A stretch of DNA of 62,000 nt. Source: Wallemia ichthyophaga EXF-994. Taxonomy: Eukaryota > Fungi > Basidiomycota. Every line of letters begins with the position of its first letter. Position 1 is the first letter of the stretch. This document shows positions 32,825 to 43,841 of this stretch, one piece after another. Below the pieces are notes generated by a model that ran no database searches, was not told the origin of the DNA, and worked only from the letters and a program-made list of their open reading frames with translations. The stretch is taken from positions 82,001 to 144,000 of the forward strand of contig NW_008806282.1 in the NCBI RefSeq assembly GCF_000400465.1, given 5' to 3'. The position numbers and the translations under genes were made by a program.

Positions 32825-34306
32825 ATGAGCATCACTAGCGATTCCCGGAGTTTTATCTCCGCGGAATCTAAAGCGCAACCCTCTAATTTGGTTATAAATG
32901 TTGATTACTCACCCCACTTTATCCGCTCCTACCGCGAGTGCATTGCAGATCTCCACCTGCAGTCATACGAGATTGATTCACACGTCGATAGCCCCCGATT
33001 GATGCCGACTAGAAACACGATAAACACCGCACATACCCCACGCCACACAAATACCACTCAAGGCAGTATCTTGGACAAGCTGAACAACGTACAGCCTATC
33101 TCCACTCAAGACCTCATGCTGAGAATTAGACCACAGAGTGCATCTACAGACCATTTAATAAGTTTGGAAGATGCAGAAGACTCAGAAGACGCAGAAGACG
33201 CAAAGACAAAGACAGACCACGCAAAGGGCAGTGTCGATTTCAGACACGACATACTATATCAAGCCATTAATGCCAGTTTCGGTGACACAACACCTAACAA
33301 TTTTCTAAACACAGACCCATCCAAGTCTTTGAGCGGTGGTACTAGGCATAGTACTAAAGCGGGTGATTCGAATTATTCATACAAATCGGCAAAATCGGCA
33401 AAATCGGCTAGATCGACCAAGTCATTAAAACACACTCCCACACCTACAACACGCACATCATCGCTATTATCATCCCCTCCCAAATCAACACACAAACCAC
33501 AAATGGGCGTACAAGTTACTCACTTAAAAATACCGCAGCAGCGCATACACGGCACTCCCACTATCCACAAGTCTCTCTCTACTCCTCTCCTCAGCGACCA
33601 GGACAGCGAGGTGTTGGATTCGCCTACACCCCCACCTGTGCCGATGAAGGAGGCACCGCGTGCGAAGACACAATCTTACTCATGCTCAAGCTCTGCTAAA
33701 AAACCCGAACGCTCTATATTTAATGAAATACATGCTCCAATACCTAGTCATAGTAGAAGTCACAGTCCCACTCAAACTCCTACTCCCGCTCTCAAAACGA
33801 GTGCGATCGATCGACGCAACAGACCACCAGCTCTCGAGTTAAGGCAATCGACTCATCGACAAATTGAAAGCAAGCTGGGTTGTTTGCAGGAGCAGAAAAA
33901 GGCACAGGAAAAGTCTGAAAAACAGTCTGAGGTGCAGTCTCAAAAGCAAGACAAACACAACAGCCATAAGCTCCCACCAGACACAACGACTCTGCCCTCT
34001 GAACACCCACCATACCTACCTCCACCCCCCATACCCCCCTTACCACAATCCACCGCCATTTTATCAAATTCTTTCACTCGAAATGTCCCAAGTAGACTGA
34101 AAGATGCACCAAAACTGACGAGGATGCGCTCAGAAACTCTGCCTTCTCCCACCACCCCAATCCATTCTATCAAACATCGCCCTACTTCTTCACCTACCAC
34201 CACCGATCAATACTCTGTGACTAGATTGAGAGGTATGCTTGAGCAGCATGTAGCGCAGGAGAGGAGCATGTGGCATAGCATTACATCCAATACCCGTCAT
34301 TCTTAA
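32825..34306 (+). CDS. Hypothetical Ser/Pro/Thr-rich, largely disordered protein (493 aa)
   Basis: Long uninterrupted ORF filling the space between APC11 and the F-box gene. No domain recognised. Confidence 0.7.
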   Translation: MSITSDSRSFISAESKAQPSNLVINVDYSPHFIRSYRECIADLHLQSYEIDSHVDSPRLMPTRNTINTAHTPRHTNTTQGSILDKLNNVQPISTQDLMLRIRPQSASTDHLISLEDAEDSEDAEDAKTKTDHAKGSVDFRHDILYQAINASFGDTTPNNFLNTDPSKSLSGGTRHSTKAGDSNYSYKSAKSAKSARSTKSLKHTPTPTTRTSSLLSSPPKSTHKPQMGVQVTHLKIPQQRIHGTPTIHKSLSTPLLSDQDSEVLDSPTPPPVPMKEAPRAKTQSYSCSSSAKKPERSIFNEIHAPIPSHSRSHSPTQTPTPALKTSAIDRRNRPPALELRQSTHRQIESKLGCLQEQKKAQEKSEKQSEVQSQKQDKHNSHKLPPDTTTLPSEHPPYLPPPPIPPLPQSTAILSNSFTRNVPSRLKDAPKLTRMRSETLPSPTTPIHSIKHRPTSSPTTTDQYSVTRLRGMLEQHVAQERSMWHSITSNTRHS

Positions 34307-34360
34307 TTTCATTGCAACCATTGTAGTTATTTCTAGGATATCTTAATTACTTAATATACA

Positions 34361-35764
34361 TTATTCTAAAACAACATGCTTGATCGTGAATTTGTGAATA
34401 ACAGCTATAATGGGATCACTGAAAGACTTGGATGATTTAACAACAAGACTTTCTAATTTAGGAAGTGATTTGAGCAGCAGTTCGCCGTCGAGTATTGCAG
34501 GCTGGTAAGTGATGCTCCTCTCCATATCGTCGTATAGCGATGAAGTGTTATCGCGTGGTCTGTTGTCGACCGTGTTAGTCTGCTCGTAAGTGCATCTAGT
34601 TAGAGTGAGGTGGGTAACATTCCTCAAACAGCCTTCGTTACACTGCAGTGGAAACCCAAATGTGCAATTCTCGATTGAGATTTGGTGCAACTCCTGTGAT
34701 CGGAGCATACCCAAAAACCACGAAACGTTGCAAACACTATCGAGAAATACGACCCGCAGTTTGCGCACATTCAGCTGATTTGCGAATGCCCGGTTATCTC
34801 GAAACCACTTGAGGGTCGCTCTGTCCATAGCGAAGCTGCTGTTTTTCATCTTGATCGTATACAGCTCGGGACACTGGATGAGACAGCTAAATGTGACGGC
34901 TGACCTGTTGCGGGATTCTACAACTGCTGTGCGTGTCGGCTGCAAGTACGGCGCCCCTGGTATCGTTGTATGCTCCATCGCGACGTCTTTACCCTCCAGC
35001 TGCAGGTTGTGGGAGAGGGTGGACATGATGGTATCTGCGTCGCCTTTCAGCCTCCAATTGAGGAGGTGTAGATCGCTTGGGAAGGTAGTGAGGTGGTACA
35101 CTTCCGCCTCATTCAATCCGATAAGCTGCGAGTAATTGCGCATCCTCAGTTTCTTACATGTCAAACCAAATAGAGACTCAGTGAGGGTGAGTATGAAACC
35201 CTTTTTTTCGCTGTTGAATGGGCCTCCGTAGTAATTCACCTCAATCAGCTCAAATGGACGGTTTGGCGAGACGTCGAGCAGCTGAAAGAAGAATCCCTTC
35301 AAGAACATCCTATTGTACGCGCGTATACACAGCTTCACACTTCTTATATACCCGCACCGCTCAATGTGGCTTTGGAATCTGCCGCGTAGATTCGACATAT
35401 TCGCGTCGAAGCTCACTTTGCCTACGTTTTCATCTGTGGATATGAACGTGTTGACGTATACGTAATTTGTATTTATCGCGCGATACCATGCTCTGTTCAC
35501 CAGCTTGCCGTTGTGGGCTGCACTGGGGCCGTTATTCTCGTGGCAGAGATATCCGAAGACAAGTTCGATGAGCTCGTTGGGGAGTCTTTTTAGAGGATCC
35601 TTGTGCCATTTGTGCGCTTTTTTTGTGGATAGGCTGGCCATACCTTTCTGATATACACGAGTGAATAAGTGATTCACGCAAACAGCACAGGTACACACTT
35701 TTTCTACATCTTTATCAGACTGCCCTGATTTGCAGGGTTTACGTGGTTTGGACCGCGTGTCCAT
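34361..35764 (-). CDS. F-box protein with LRR-like C-terminal region
   Basis: F-box motif DPLKRLPNELIELVFGYL...VNRAWY, followed by LRR-like segments (LRNVTHLTL, LPKLESLVV). Probable start is MDTRSK at 35764. Confidence 0.7.
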   Translation of the reverse strand: MDTRSKPRKPCKSGQSDKDVEKVCTCAVCVNHLFTRVYQKGMASLSTKKAHKWHKDPLKRLPNELIELVFGYLCHENNGPSAAHNGKLVNRAWYRAINTNYVYVNTFISTDENVGKVSFDANMSNLRGRFQSHIERCGYIRSVKLCIRAYNRMFLKGFFFQLLDVSPNRPFELIEVNYYGGPFNSEKKGFILTLTESLFGLTCKKLRMRNYSQLIGLNEAEVYHLTTFPSDLHLLNWRLKGDADTIMSTLSHNLQLEGKDVAMEHTTIPGAPYLQPTRTAVVESRNRSAVTFSCLIQCPELYTIKMKNSSFAMDRATLKWFRDNRAFANQLNVRKLRVVFLDSVCNVSWFLGMLRSQELHQISIENCTFGFPLQCNEGCLRNVTHLTLTRCTYEQTNTVDNRPRDNTSSLYDDMERSITYQPAILDGELLLKSLPKLESLVVKSSKSFSDPIIAVIHKFTIKHVVLE

Positions 35765-35844
35765 GTCTGATGATGGCCGAGTCGGTTGAAGATTGATAAC
35801 AAGATAAGATTCATAAACATTCATAAAAGTCAGAGGTACATAAG

Positions 35845-38631
35845 CTAATGCCATCCACCACCTGGATAGCCTGGGTAACCGCCTGGGTATCCTTGCGGTG
35901 GTCTTGGTGGTGGTTGATAAGGGTGCACTGAATGCTCCGGATGCCCTTGATAACCACCATAACCAGGATATACACCATACCTACCATGGGAAGGCATTTC
36001 CATTGGAGGCGGCATCGGTGGTGGCATTGCTGACGGCATAGGTGGTCCTTGCATAGGCATTGGCGGTGGATTATACATTCCAGGTTTCGGTGGCTGGCCA
36101 TATGGCACATGCCCACCCGGTCCACCACCAGGCATACCCATTCCCATACCAGGCATCCCCATTGGCGGTGGGCTTGAGTATGCACCCGGTCCCGGCATAT
36201 ATCCTGGGTCGGGCATAGGTGGGGGCTCGGCGTATGGCATGTAGGGCGTGTGGCGCCCAGGTGGGGTGGGTGGTTTCGTGACGTGTCGTCCATGATACGC
36301 AGCTGGTGGGTATGGAGAGTGTGAGTGTGAGTGTGAGTGCTGCAATGATGGTGTTGATGTTGATGGTCTCGAATGCGTCGGTGGTGGTGGCGCTGGCTGT
36401 TTGCTGTCATTATCCTTCTTGCCCCCACCGCTGTCATTTTTCATTGCTCCTATACCCAAATTAGCTATCGAACTAAGCAATGAGGAATTCTTGCCACCAC
36501 CGCCATCGCCCTGTCCACTGCCACCTTGATTCCCACCGCCACCACGACCCTCAGCATCTCCACCGCCGGCATTTGCGGGCGAGGCATTTGTGTTGATCAG
36601 CCCCCATAATCCTCCGCTCGTAAACTCATTAACTCCCTCCTGACTATTGCCGTATGGATCATTAACCGTTTGGACATGTGTATGAACCTTGTTGGATGAG
36701 TCCATGCAGCTCTGTTTGTTCAAAGCACGCTCAATTTGGTCTATCTTGGGCCCTTGTGCCTTGACCCACTTCTTCATGAACTCGCCCATCTTCGTCTGTA
36801 TCTTGCTATCCTCATTAGCGAAGTATGGGTGATGTATTACTTCCAGAATCTCGTCGATTATACTGTCAGGATTTTCCTGGTTGCCCCAAGCTTCAACAAT
36901 TCTCTTGGTCGTTTGGCTAACTGCAATTTGAGCCAAGTTCCCGCAAGGGTTGTTCAGAAGGTGATCGAAATGGTCCTTGGCGAGACCAGTGTGCGTTGGA
37001 TCTGAACAGTTTGGATCAGTGTATACCTCCAATTGGTTTTTTGTTGCTAAAAGCTCTTCTGAACCCTTACCAATCGAGCTCTTGGCCTGCTTGATAAGAG
37101 GATCAATGAATGGCTCGAGAGTGGAGTAAATAAAGACGGCGATCGAGTTGGATATCTTTTCTACTAACGCGCTCAAACCTGGAATTTTATCTATTGTCAC
37201 TTCGATTGTCTTTGACACTCTGTCTCGGAAACACAGTATCTGCCATAGAACAGCGTATTGTTCCTGGGGGCTCATTTGATCAGGGGATCTCGACGTCGAG
37301 CGGAGGTTGCTGACGTCCTCGAATTCTCTGTTGAGTGAGCGTTGTCCACCGCCACTGTTGCTATCTGTGGTACTCCTAGTGAGTGGAACCTTAGAGCTAA
37401 CTCCGTCTAATTGGAAGATGAGGTCCCTGAGTGTGTCGATGATTGAATTTCCCCCACTTCCTGGCTGACCGCGTGACTTTGTAGTAGAACGATTCACTTC
37501 ATTATGAAGATCTGAGACGGATGCTGAGGTAAGCTTGTCACCAGCTTCACCTAATACACTGGCTGGTGGGTGTCTGAGTTGGGCTGGCAAGCTATTAGAA
37601 GCCACCCACCCATGAAATCCATACCACCAAATGATCCTGTTACTATTGGGGGTACGTTTTCGCCGCTAGGAGCACGTATTCTTACATTTTCACCAACATG
37701 TGGAAACACATCGGTAAGCCCAAGTTTGTAAAGGTAGATTTCAGCAAAATTGGAGTGCGCAGAAAAGTCAGCTAATGTATGGCAGCTTGTACCGAGCCAA
37801 CGAAACGCTTCGAACTCATCTTTGCTGTTTTTAGAGTTCTTATACCTTCTTCCATACTCGATGCAGAGACGTAAGCGTTCACGAACGAGGGCAGTGGAAG
37901 TATCACAAACGCTCTCATTAGCGATGTAGTTCTTCATGCCAGTGCGCGGATCAATTTCCAATTCAATTTGTTGAACAGGTCCTCTGAGACGTTCATCGTA
38001 CTGTTTCGCATCATCGGGGTAGCCTGTGTGTGGGTTAGATGGACGCAAGTAACATGACCACTACCAGCCTTTTGGATTATCAATGTGTTCTGTGGGGAGA
38101 TAAACGCCTAAGCGCTCATCGGTCACTTCAAACTCTTCCGTCGCGTAACCGAAAGCCAAGAAGGACATGACCATGACGATGTTGAGGATTGTCTGCTTAT
38201 TTATCTTGGACAAAGCAGCTGTGTCATTCGCTTGTGAATAATCGCGGAGAAAATCGTAGAAGTAGATGCGCTTGACATCAAGGCTCGTGAATTTGGTACG
38301 CGTCACAGCGGATAGAATACCGCTACCAGACTTCTTATAAAGATCTGCGAGTGCATCCATAATATCACCATGCCGGAATTTCTTTCTGAATTACCTGAGC
38401 AACAGTTTGACTTATCGGAGTAGGTACTTACCCCTGCTTAACCTGAGCATCGGTTTGACGTATCGGGGTAGATACTTACCTCTATACTAGCGTATGAAGG
38501 ACTGATAGCTGTGAGATTTCCGAGATTTCCGAGTCTGATGACTAGTCCACGTACATATTACCAGCACCAAATGCACTGGCTGTAGTTAACAACACGGCCA
38601 CGATCAAGAGCAGAATAACGCCATTTCTCAT
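35845..38631 (-). CDS. het-C: Heterokaryon incompatibility Het-C family protein with Pro/Gly-rich tail
   Basis: Signal/TM segment then AFGAGNIPSYASIEGKKFRHGD, LSFLAFGYATEEFEVT-like MSFLAFGYATEEFEVT, EHIDNPKGY, DPRTGMKNYIANE, HTLADFSAHSNF, and PTHTGLAKDHFDH. Introns 38554-38502, 38479-38434, 38431-38386, 38068-38024 (GC-AG) and 37609-37563. Confidence 0.9.
38386..38479 (-). repeat. Tandem pair of paralogous 46-nt introns separated by a 2-nt exon
   Basis: Minus-strand gtaagtatctaccccgatacgtcaaaccgatgctcaggttaagcag versus gtaagtacctactccgataagtcaaactgttgctcaggtaattcag: 38/46 identical by hand alignment. Confidence 0.9.
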
Positions 38632-40021
38632 TTTGACTGTCAGTGACAGAGTGAGTGCAATAACCTCAGTGTCATCGACGTACAAAATGGAAAAAATAAA
38701 AATCAAGATATACAATTCGTTATAAATCAGCATTGAAACAAATGCAGTCGAGCATTGGCCGTAGCTTCCTTGGATTTCTTTGATGGACCAACGTCATTAT
38801 CTGTCCAAGGGCGCTTCCTTAGCTCTTTATCTCCGCAACTGTTGCAGCGAGTGTAATTTCCATTACCATACAAAGTGCGCTCAGCTATGTTGTTATTCTT
38901 ACAATCAAGATTTGCTTTGTTATGATGTGTTGATTGGTGTGTCTTGGTTTTATGTTGATATTGAAGTGAAATTAATTTGAATATGATTGCGAGAAAGACG
39001 CCGTTCAATACCCACTTTTAAGTACTGGATATGATTTGGTACACTTGATAAACCCAAAATAATCACCCCCAACGAGGCGGACGTTACACGATGGACTGAG
39101 ACATAGTCGAAAACATACGCATATGCACAAACACAAACAGCCACTGGCACAATGACTGGGAGTGCTGACAAGCTCTTTGCTTCAACAAAGCTAAATCGAA
39201 GATGTATCTATGTCGATCTAATGCAGTATGACCTTACCAAAACCAATGAACTGTTTCTGCATGTGATTATAAAGCACAAGATCCATCCTGTTGCCGAGAG
39301 AGCAGTTGTGTTGTTCAGCTTTTGCTAAATCCAACTCAATACGACATCATCTTTTCCGCCGTGATAACAGCACTTTGAGAACATCTTAAGCCTCGCATTA
39401 TTCAAGGTATGGATCGTTTACTGGTAGCCCGTTGCTCTAGACCTTCTTGCCAATTAACAGCCTGCAGAGAGCTGGAATAGTTATGTGTATTGCTATCTTG
39501 GGATATATATATCTGGGCTATTTCCGCTTTACAGAATGCTGCTTGGCGTGTACGAGTAAGCCAAGTCAGAACACCACAGTAAACCGCGAAAGAAATGGAA
39601 TATTGAATTCGAGTGAAACATCACATTTTGTGATCCAATTTATTATATAAACCATTCAACGCCCCTATTCAATCGAAGCATGCCGCCTCGACCAAGCCGC
39701 TAGGCTATCCATGAGCAGATGTGTGGCGGTCCAAACAGCCAACTTTCGGAGAAAATACCCGAGCTTCACGTACTTTAGCCACCCAGCTCCGCTCTGGAAA
39801 ATTTACCATTTCACTTTCTGCAGTCACAGAGAAGATGATTGCACTTAGAATAGTATTCGGATCAAAGTTCTATCAATGAATTATTGAAAGATGCTTATAA
39901 TGTGTGAAGAGAAAAGACACATGGAACATTGTGTATGATCAGCTTCGAGCCATTACTCAGTACGATATTTTTCATGAAAGACATAGTCGCATACGTAAAC
40001 ATACATTCGTATAAATTCACA

Positions 40022-40771
40022 TTAGATGGCGTTCTTGAAGAACGTCGTAAGGCGCTCGTAAGCTTCGACGTACACCTTCTTAGCCTCCTCATCCTGGAGG
40101 TTACATCTAGCAGCAGCAAAGCCGTGAATTGCCTTCTCAGTGTTAAAGTGATGGTACGCATTTTTCTCCTTAAATTCGTTTGACGAGAGGATATCAATAA
40201 CCTTCTTCACTTCACTTCCATCCTCGTCTTTTGATGGGAAGAATCCAATTGGTGTTTTCACCTTCTCCACCACGCCAGCATCCAGCATGGCTGGGTGGAG
40301 AACAGCAACAGCGTCAAACAGCTTAGCATCTTGTGTAGCTGCGTTGAGTGCGATGGCTGCACCCCAGCAGAAGCCAACAAGACCAACCTTGTCATGTTTA
40401 GCACGCAACTCACCGCTAATGTTGATCAACTCAGGGATACGTGCTGGTGGTGCAGCCACAGTGGAAAAGAATTTGCCGAGCTCAGACTGATCGGCTTCAT
40501 TTCCCGGAGGAAACTTCTCTAAAGGGAAAGGTTTACCGCGGAAGAAGTCAGGAAGAACAACTCGATATCCCTTGTCTGCTAATATATCTGCACCTTGCAG
40601 CGTCTGATTAAAGTAGCCAAAGATATCGTATATTCCAACTAGCACAGTCTTTGAGTCTGCTGGACCGGTAACGTAGGCCTTGTTGAAGTAGCCAACCTTC
40701 TCGTATTGGCCTTTTGGTTGGTAGTTTGTTTGATCGATTACGGGTGGGATTGAACAGCAAGCAGCAGACAT
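40022..40771 (-). CDS. Dienelactone hydrolase family protein
   Basis: MSAACCSIPPV, YVTGP, DIFG, PDFFRG, nucleophile motif GFCWG, HPAM and HGFAAAR. Confidence 0.88.
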   Translation of the reverse strand: MSAACCSIPPVIDQTNYQPKGQYEKVGYFNKAYVTGPADSKTVLVGIYDIFGYFNQTLQGADILADKGYRVVLPDFFRGKPFPLEKFPPGNEADQSELGKFFSTVAAPPARIPELINISGELRAKHDKVGLVGFCWGAAIALNAATQDAKLFDAVAVLHPAMLDAGVVEKVKTPIGFFPSKDEDGSEVKKVIDILSSNEFKEKNAYHHFNTEKAIHGFAAARCNLQDEEAKKVYVEAYERLTTFFKNAI

Positions 40772-41040
40772 CTTGGTGGTGTGGGATGAAGGATGTGGAT
40801 AAGACTGAGTGATGTCATATTAGATTTGAAGCAGCGGCTGTTTCTTTTCAGTTGCTGATATTCGATTTTTGCTCATCTAGATTTCATTTCATGACAATTT
40901 TGGGATTAGTCCTTGCTGCCCTGTAAAACTCAGTTGAGGAATGACCTTTAAACATTCCTGAATATCGCGAATGCCGCAAATTCCGTAAGGCTAATGCTTT
41001 TCATCTGGTTAATCCTTAGACTTGTATAAACCCGAAACAA

Positions 41041-43261
41041 ATGTCAATTGCAGCTGCGAGATTACCACTGGATTTAGAGCTCCCCAGTGAGAAAATTCAT
41101 ACAACACACATCACAGAAAAGTCGCAGAAGCTGCAGAAGCACGACAGTGCATCTACACTCAGCCTCCCTCTCCACGACTCTGTTGAAGTTCAAGAAAATG
41201 TTGAGACAATCCAAGTAGAAGCCGATACTAACCACATGAACAGGCTCACTGTCGACATTGACGCGACTAGGAACGTTTCAGCATCTCCCTCAGGCACATA
41301 CAATGAGAATAAACGCTCATTTGCACCCAGCCCTGCGAGCGAACAGAACAACGTCGAGGAAGTTGGTCTGTTTCAGAAGTCTTACTATCCTAACTTTATA
41401 CATGCATTGAGAGACTCAAAGTCTACTAGCAGCGGCAGGACTATTATTCTTTGCCTGGATGGTACTGGGGACCAGTTTGATGGCGATAACTCTAACGTCG
41501 TGCGTTTTTTCAGATGCTTGAAGAAGGATGAGCCATCGAAGCAATTAGTCTATTACCAGGCTGGATTGGGTACTTATGTACGCGTTCATAGGCTTCTAGT
41601 CAAGACATTACTGACTCATGTCACAGACCACTACGCGCTCTGCGAACCCAATCACTACCAGGTTGTCAGCAATTGGTGATGTGACTATTGGTGAGTTCTG
41701 TTTTGCCAAGTTGGGTTACTGCTCACACTCAACCAGGCTCCGGGCTCGGTCATCACATTGTAAGACACTCAAATTACGTAAAAAAGAGCGCTAACAGCGA
41801 AATAGCGCGACGCCTATGCATTTTTAATGGAGAATTATACCAAAGGCGACAAGATATGCATGGTCGGTTTCTCTCGTGGTGCGTACTCAGCTCGTGGTTT
41901 AGCCGGAATGCTTCAGAAGGTGGGATTGGTGTTTTACTCCGAATGAGCTGACTTCTTGACAAAGGTTGGACTCCTTCCCAAGGGAAATAGAGAGCAGGTG
42001 GGATTTGATTGATTGATTGATTGATTGGTTGGTTGATTGGTATTAGGTGGGATTTGCATACCACATGTTCAAAGACAACTCAGATGAAGGCTGGAAGATG
42101 AGTCAGCTCTTCAAAGAGACCTTCTCAATCAAAGTGAATATCCACTGGATAGGCGCATGGGACTCAGTGTCGTCTATCGGGTTCATTCCGCGTGATCTAC
42201 CCTTCCACAAATCGAACAATGCCGTGAAAAATTTTACGCATGCAGTAGCACTCGATGAGCACCGCGCCAAATTTAAGGCAGGTCACTGGACGCGCTCTGA
42301 TGAAATGGAGGTACGCATAGGTCCATGGCAGCGTCGAAAGGAGGAATTGAAACCTAAATTCGGAGACATAAACGAGATCGAGGAGGACGATGTTATACAG
42401 GAGCAGAAAGACACAGAAGAAGATCCCAAAAGGGCGGTAGAGAAGAAGCGCGCTAAAGTGATGAAAAACATCAAGGAAATACGTAAACGTACACAGAAAT
42501 CTAGTGGTGAGGATGATACCAGTGTAGATGCATTCAATCCGGAGATTCAGGCGCAATTTGAGATGCTGTTCGAGCTTCAGGATAAGGAAGATCTCAGCGA
42601 GACTAAAGTAAAAGAGGTGTTTTTTACAGGTTGCCATGCAGATGTTGGGGGAGGGTAAATAAAACTGGACGCATCATGGTAACTTTTCCACTAACGTCAT
42701 GATAGGGCCGTTGCCAACCATACTAGACATTCTTTGGCTCGTATACCACTCAGGTTCATGCTAAGACAAGCCTTCAAGGCTGACACAGGGCTCTTGTTTT
42801 CGACAGATCTTCTCGACTATTACGGCCTCGACCTCAACACATTGTACCCATACGTCACTCGCCGCCCTCCGGCGGCTGAGGGGGCTCCAGAAGGCTTTCC
42901 GGAGCTTCCTCAACAAGATAACCCCCGCAGAGTGTTTCCAGAAGCTGTCGAAGATTACTACGATGCGTGAGTGCTTTTAGTTAGCTTGGATGATGCTAAA
43001 AGTCTCAGGCTATGCCCTTATCATGATTACCTCAATTTGTCAAAAGGCTGGTGGGTCCTCGAGCTTTGGCCGCTAAGAGAGATCTACCAAGATGGTCACG
43101 GCAAGTATAGAAAGCGTCTTGCGCCAAACCTTGGCCATCACCGCGCCATAAGAGGTACTAACAACAAGTTCCACCGCTCAGTGGCTATTCGCCAGAAACA
43201 GATTGGATATGATATTAAAGCGCGCATGGTTGACTCGCCTACTGCTCACTGGGTAGGCTGA
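41041..43261 (+). CDS. DUF2235 (Tle1-like alpha/beta hydrolase/phospholipase) protein, multi-exon
   Basis: ILCLDGTGDQFDGDNSNVV, YYQAGLGTY, GFSRGAYSARGLAGML, GAWDSVSSIG, HAVALDEHRAKF, FTGCHADVGGG and LARIPLRFM. Confidence 0.88.
41998..42046 (+). repeat. Intron composed of (GATT)n/(GGTT)n microsatellite, bounded by the 12-nt direct repeat AGGTGGGATTTG
   Basis: cag|gtgggatttgattgattgattgattgattggttggttgattggtattag|gtgggatttg. Splicing is needed to keep the GNREQ-VGFAYHM frame. Confidence 0.85.
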
Positions 43262-43810
43262 GACGCGCTTTAGTCACACCGAACCATATCACCACGCTCA
43301 TTCACTTAATTGTTCTCACGCTTCGCTCAAATATTTGCAAACACGTACGCAACGAATACAATGTTAATACACTCCTTAAATCCTAGTACACTTATTACAT
43401 TACTTTATTTGAAAATCCAATTCTTTTGCTCCTAATGCTCCTGCCATACATGAATATTCACTTATTAACTTGCTTAGCATAGCCTGGGCTTCTCGAAAAT
43501 TCAATTCTACCGGTAATGCAACATCTATTGCGTGACGTTGACGTCATCCTAGATAGCTACAGAAATGGGATTTGCTGAGATTTTGAACGTATATCCAGGC
43601 TCCTCAAATGATATTTATTACTGATATACGTCTTCAGGTTGTCACACAACTCACAATAATATCAACTGCTTCCGGTTTTGGATTGCCAGGTCATGCGAAG
43701 GTACCAACTGATAAAAGTGGATAGAGCATCCAATTATTATTTAATGATTCTTTGAAACCCGCTTGTGTAGCTTATGTGGGGCCGATAAGTGAGATTGTCT
43801 GCAGGCAATC

Positions 43811-43841
43811 ATGAGTCATTCTGCCACTTGCAGATGACTCA
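43811..43841. promoter_or_regulatory. Two Gcn4/CpcA (AP-1-type) sites upstream of the amino-acid permease
   Basis: ATGAGTCAT at 43811-43819 and TGACTCA at 43835-43841. A CRE-type TGACGTCA is at 43539-43546. Confidence 0.4.

Noticed and set aside
35765-35854. F-box ORF start overlapping the het-C stop codon
   Set aside because: The upstream ATG lies inside het-C's last codons and the extension looks like 3'UTR/spacer. I prefer the ATG at 35764, so I do not claim a coding overlap.
41041-43261. DUF2235 as a horizontally acquired bacterial T6SS effector
   Set aside because: DUF2235 proteins are widespread in fungi and this gene has many spliceosomal introns, so nothing in the sequence indicates recent transfer.
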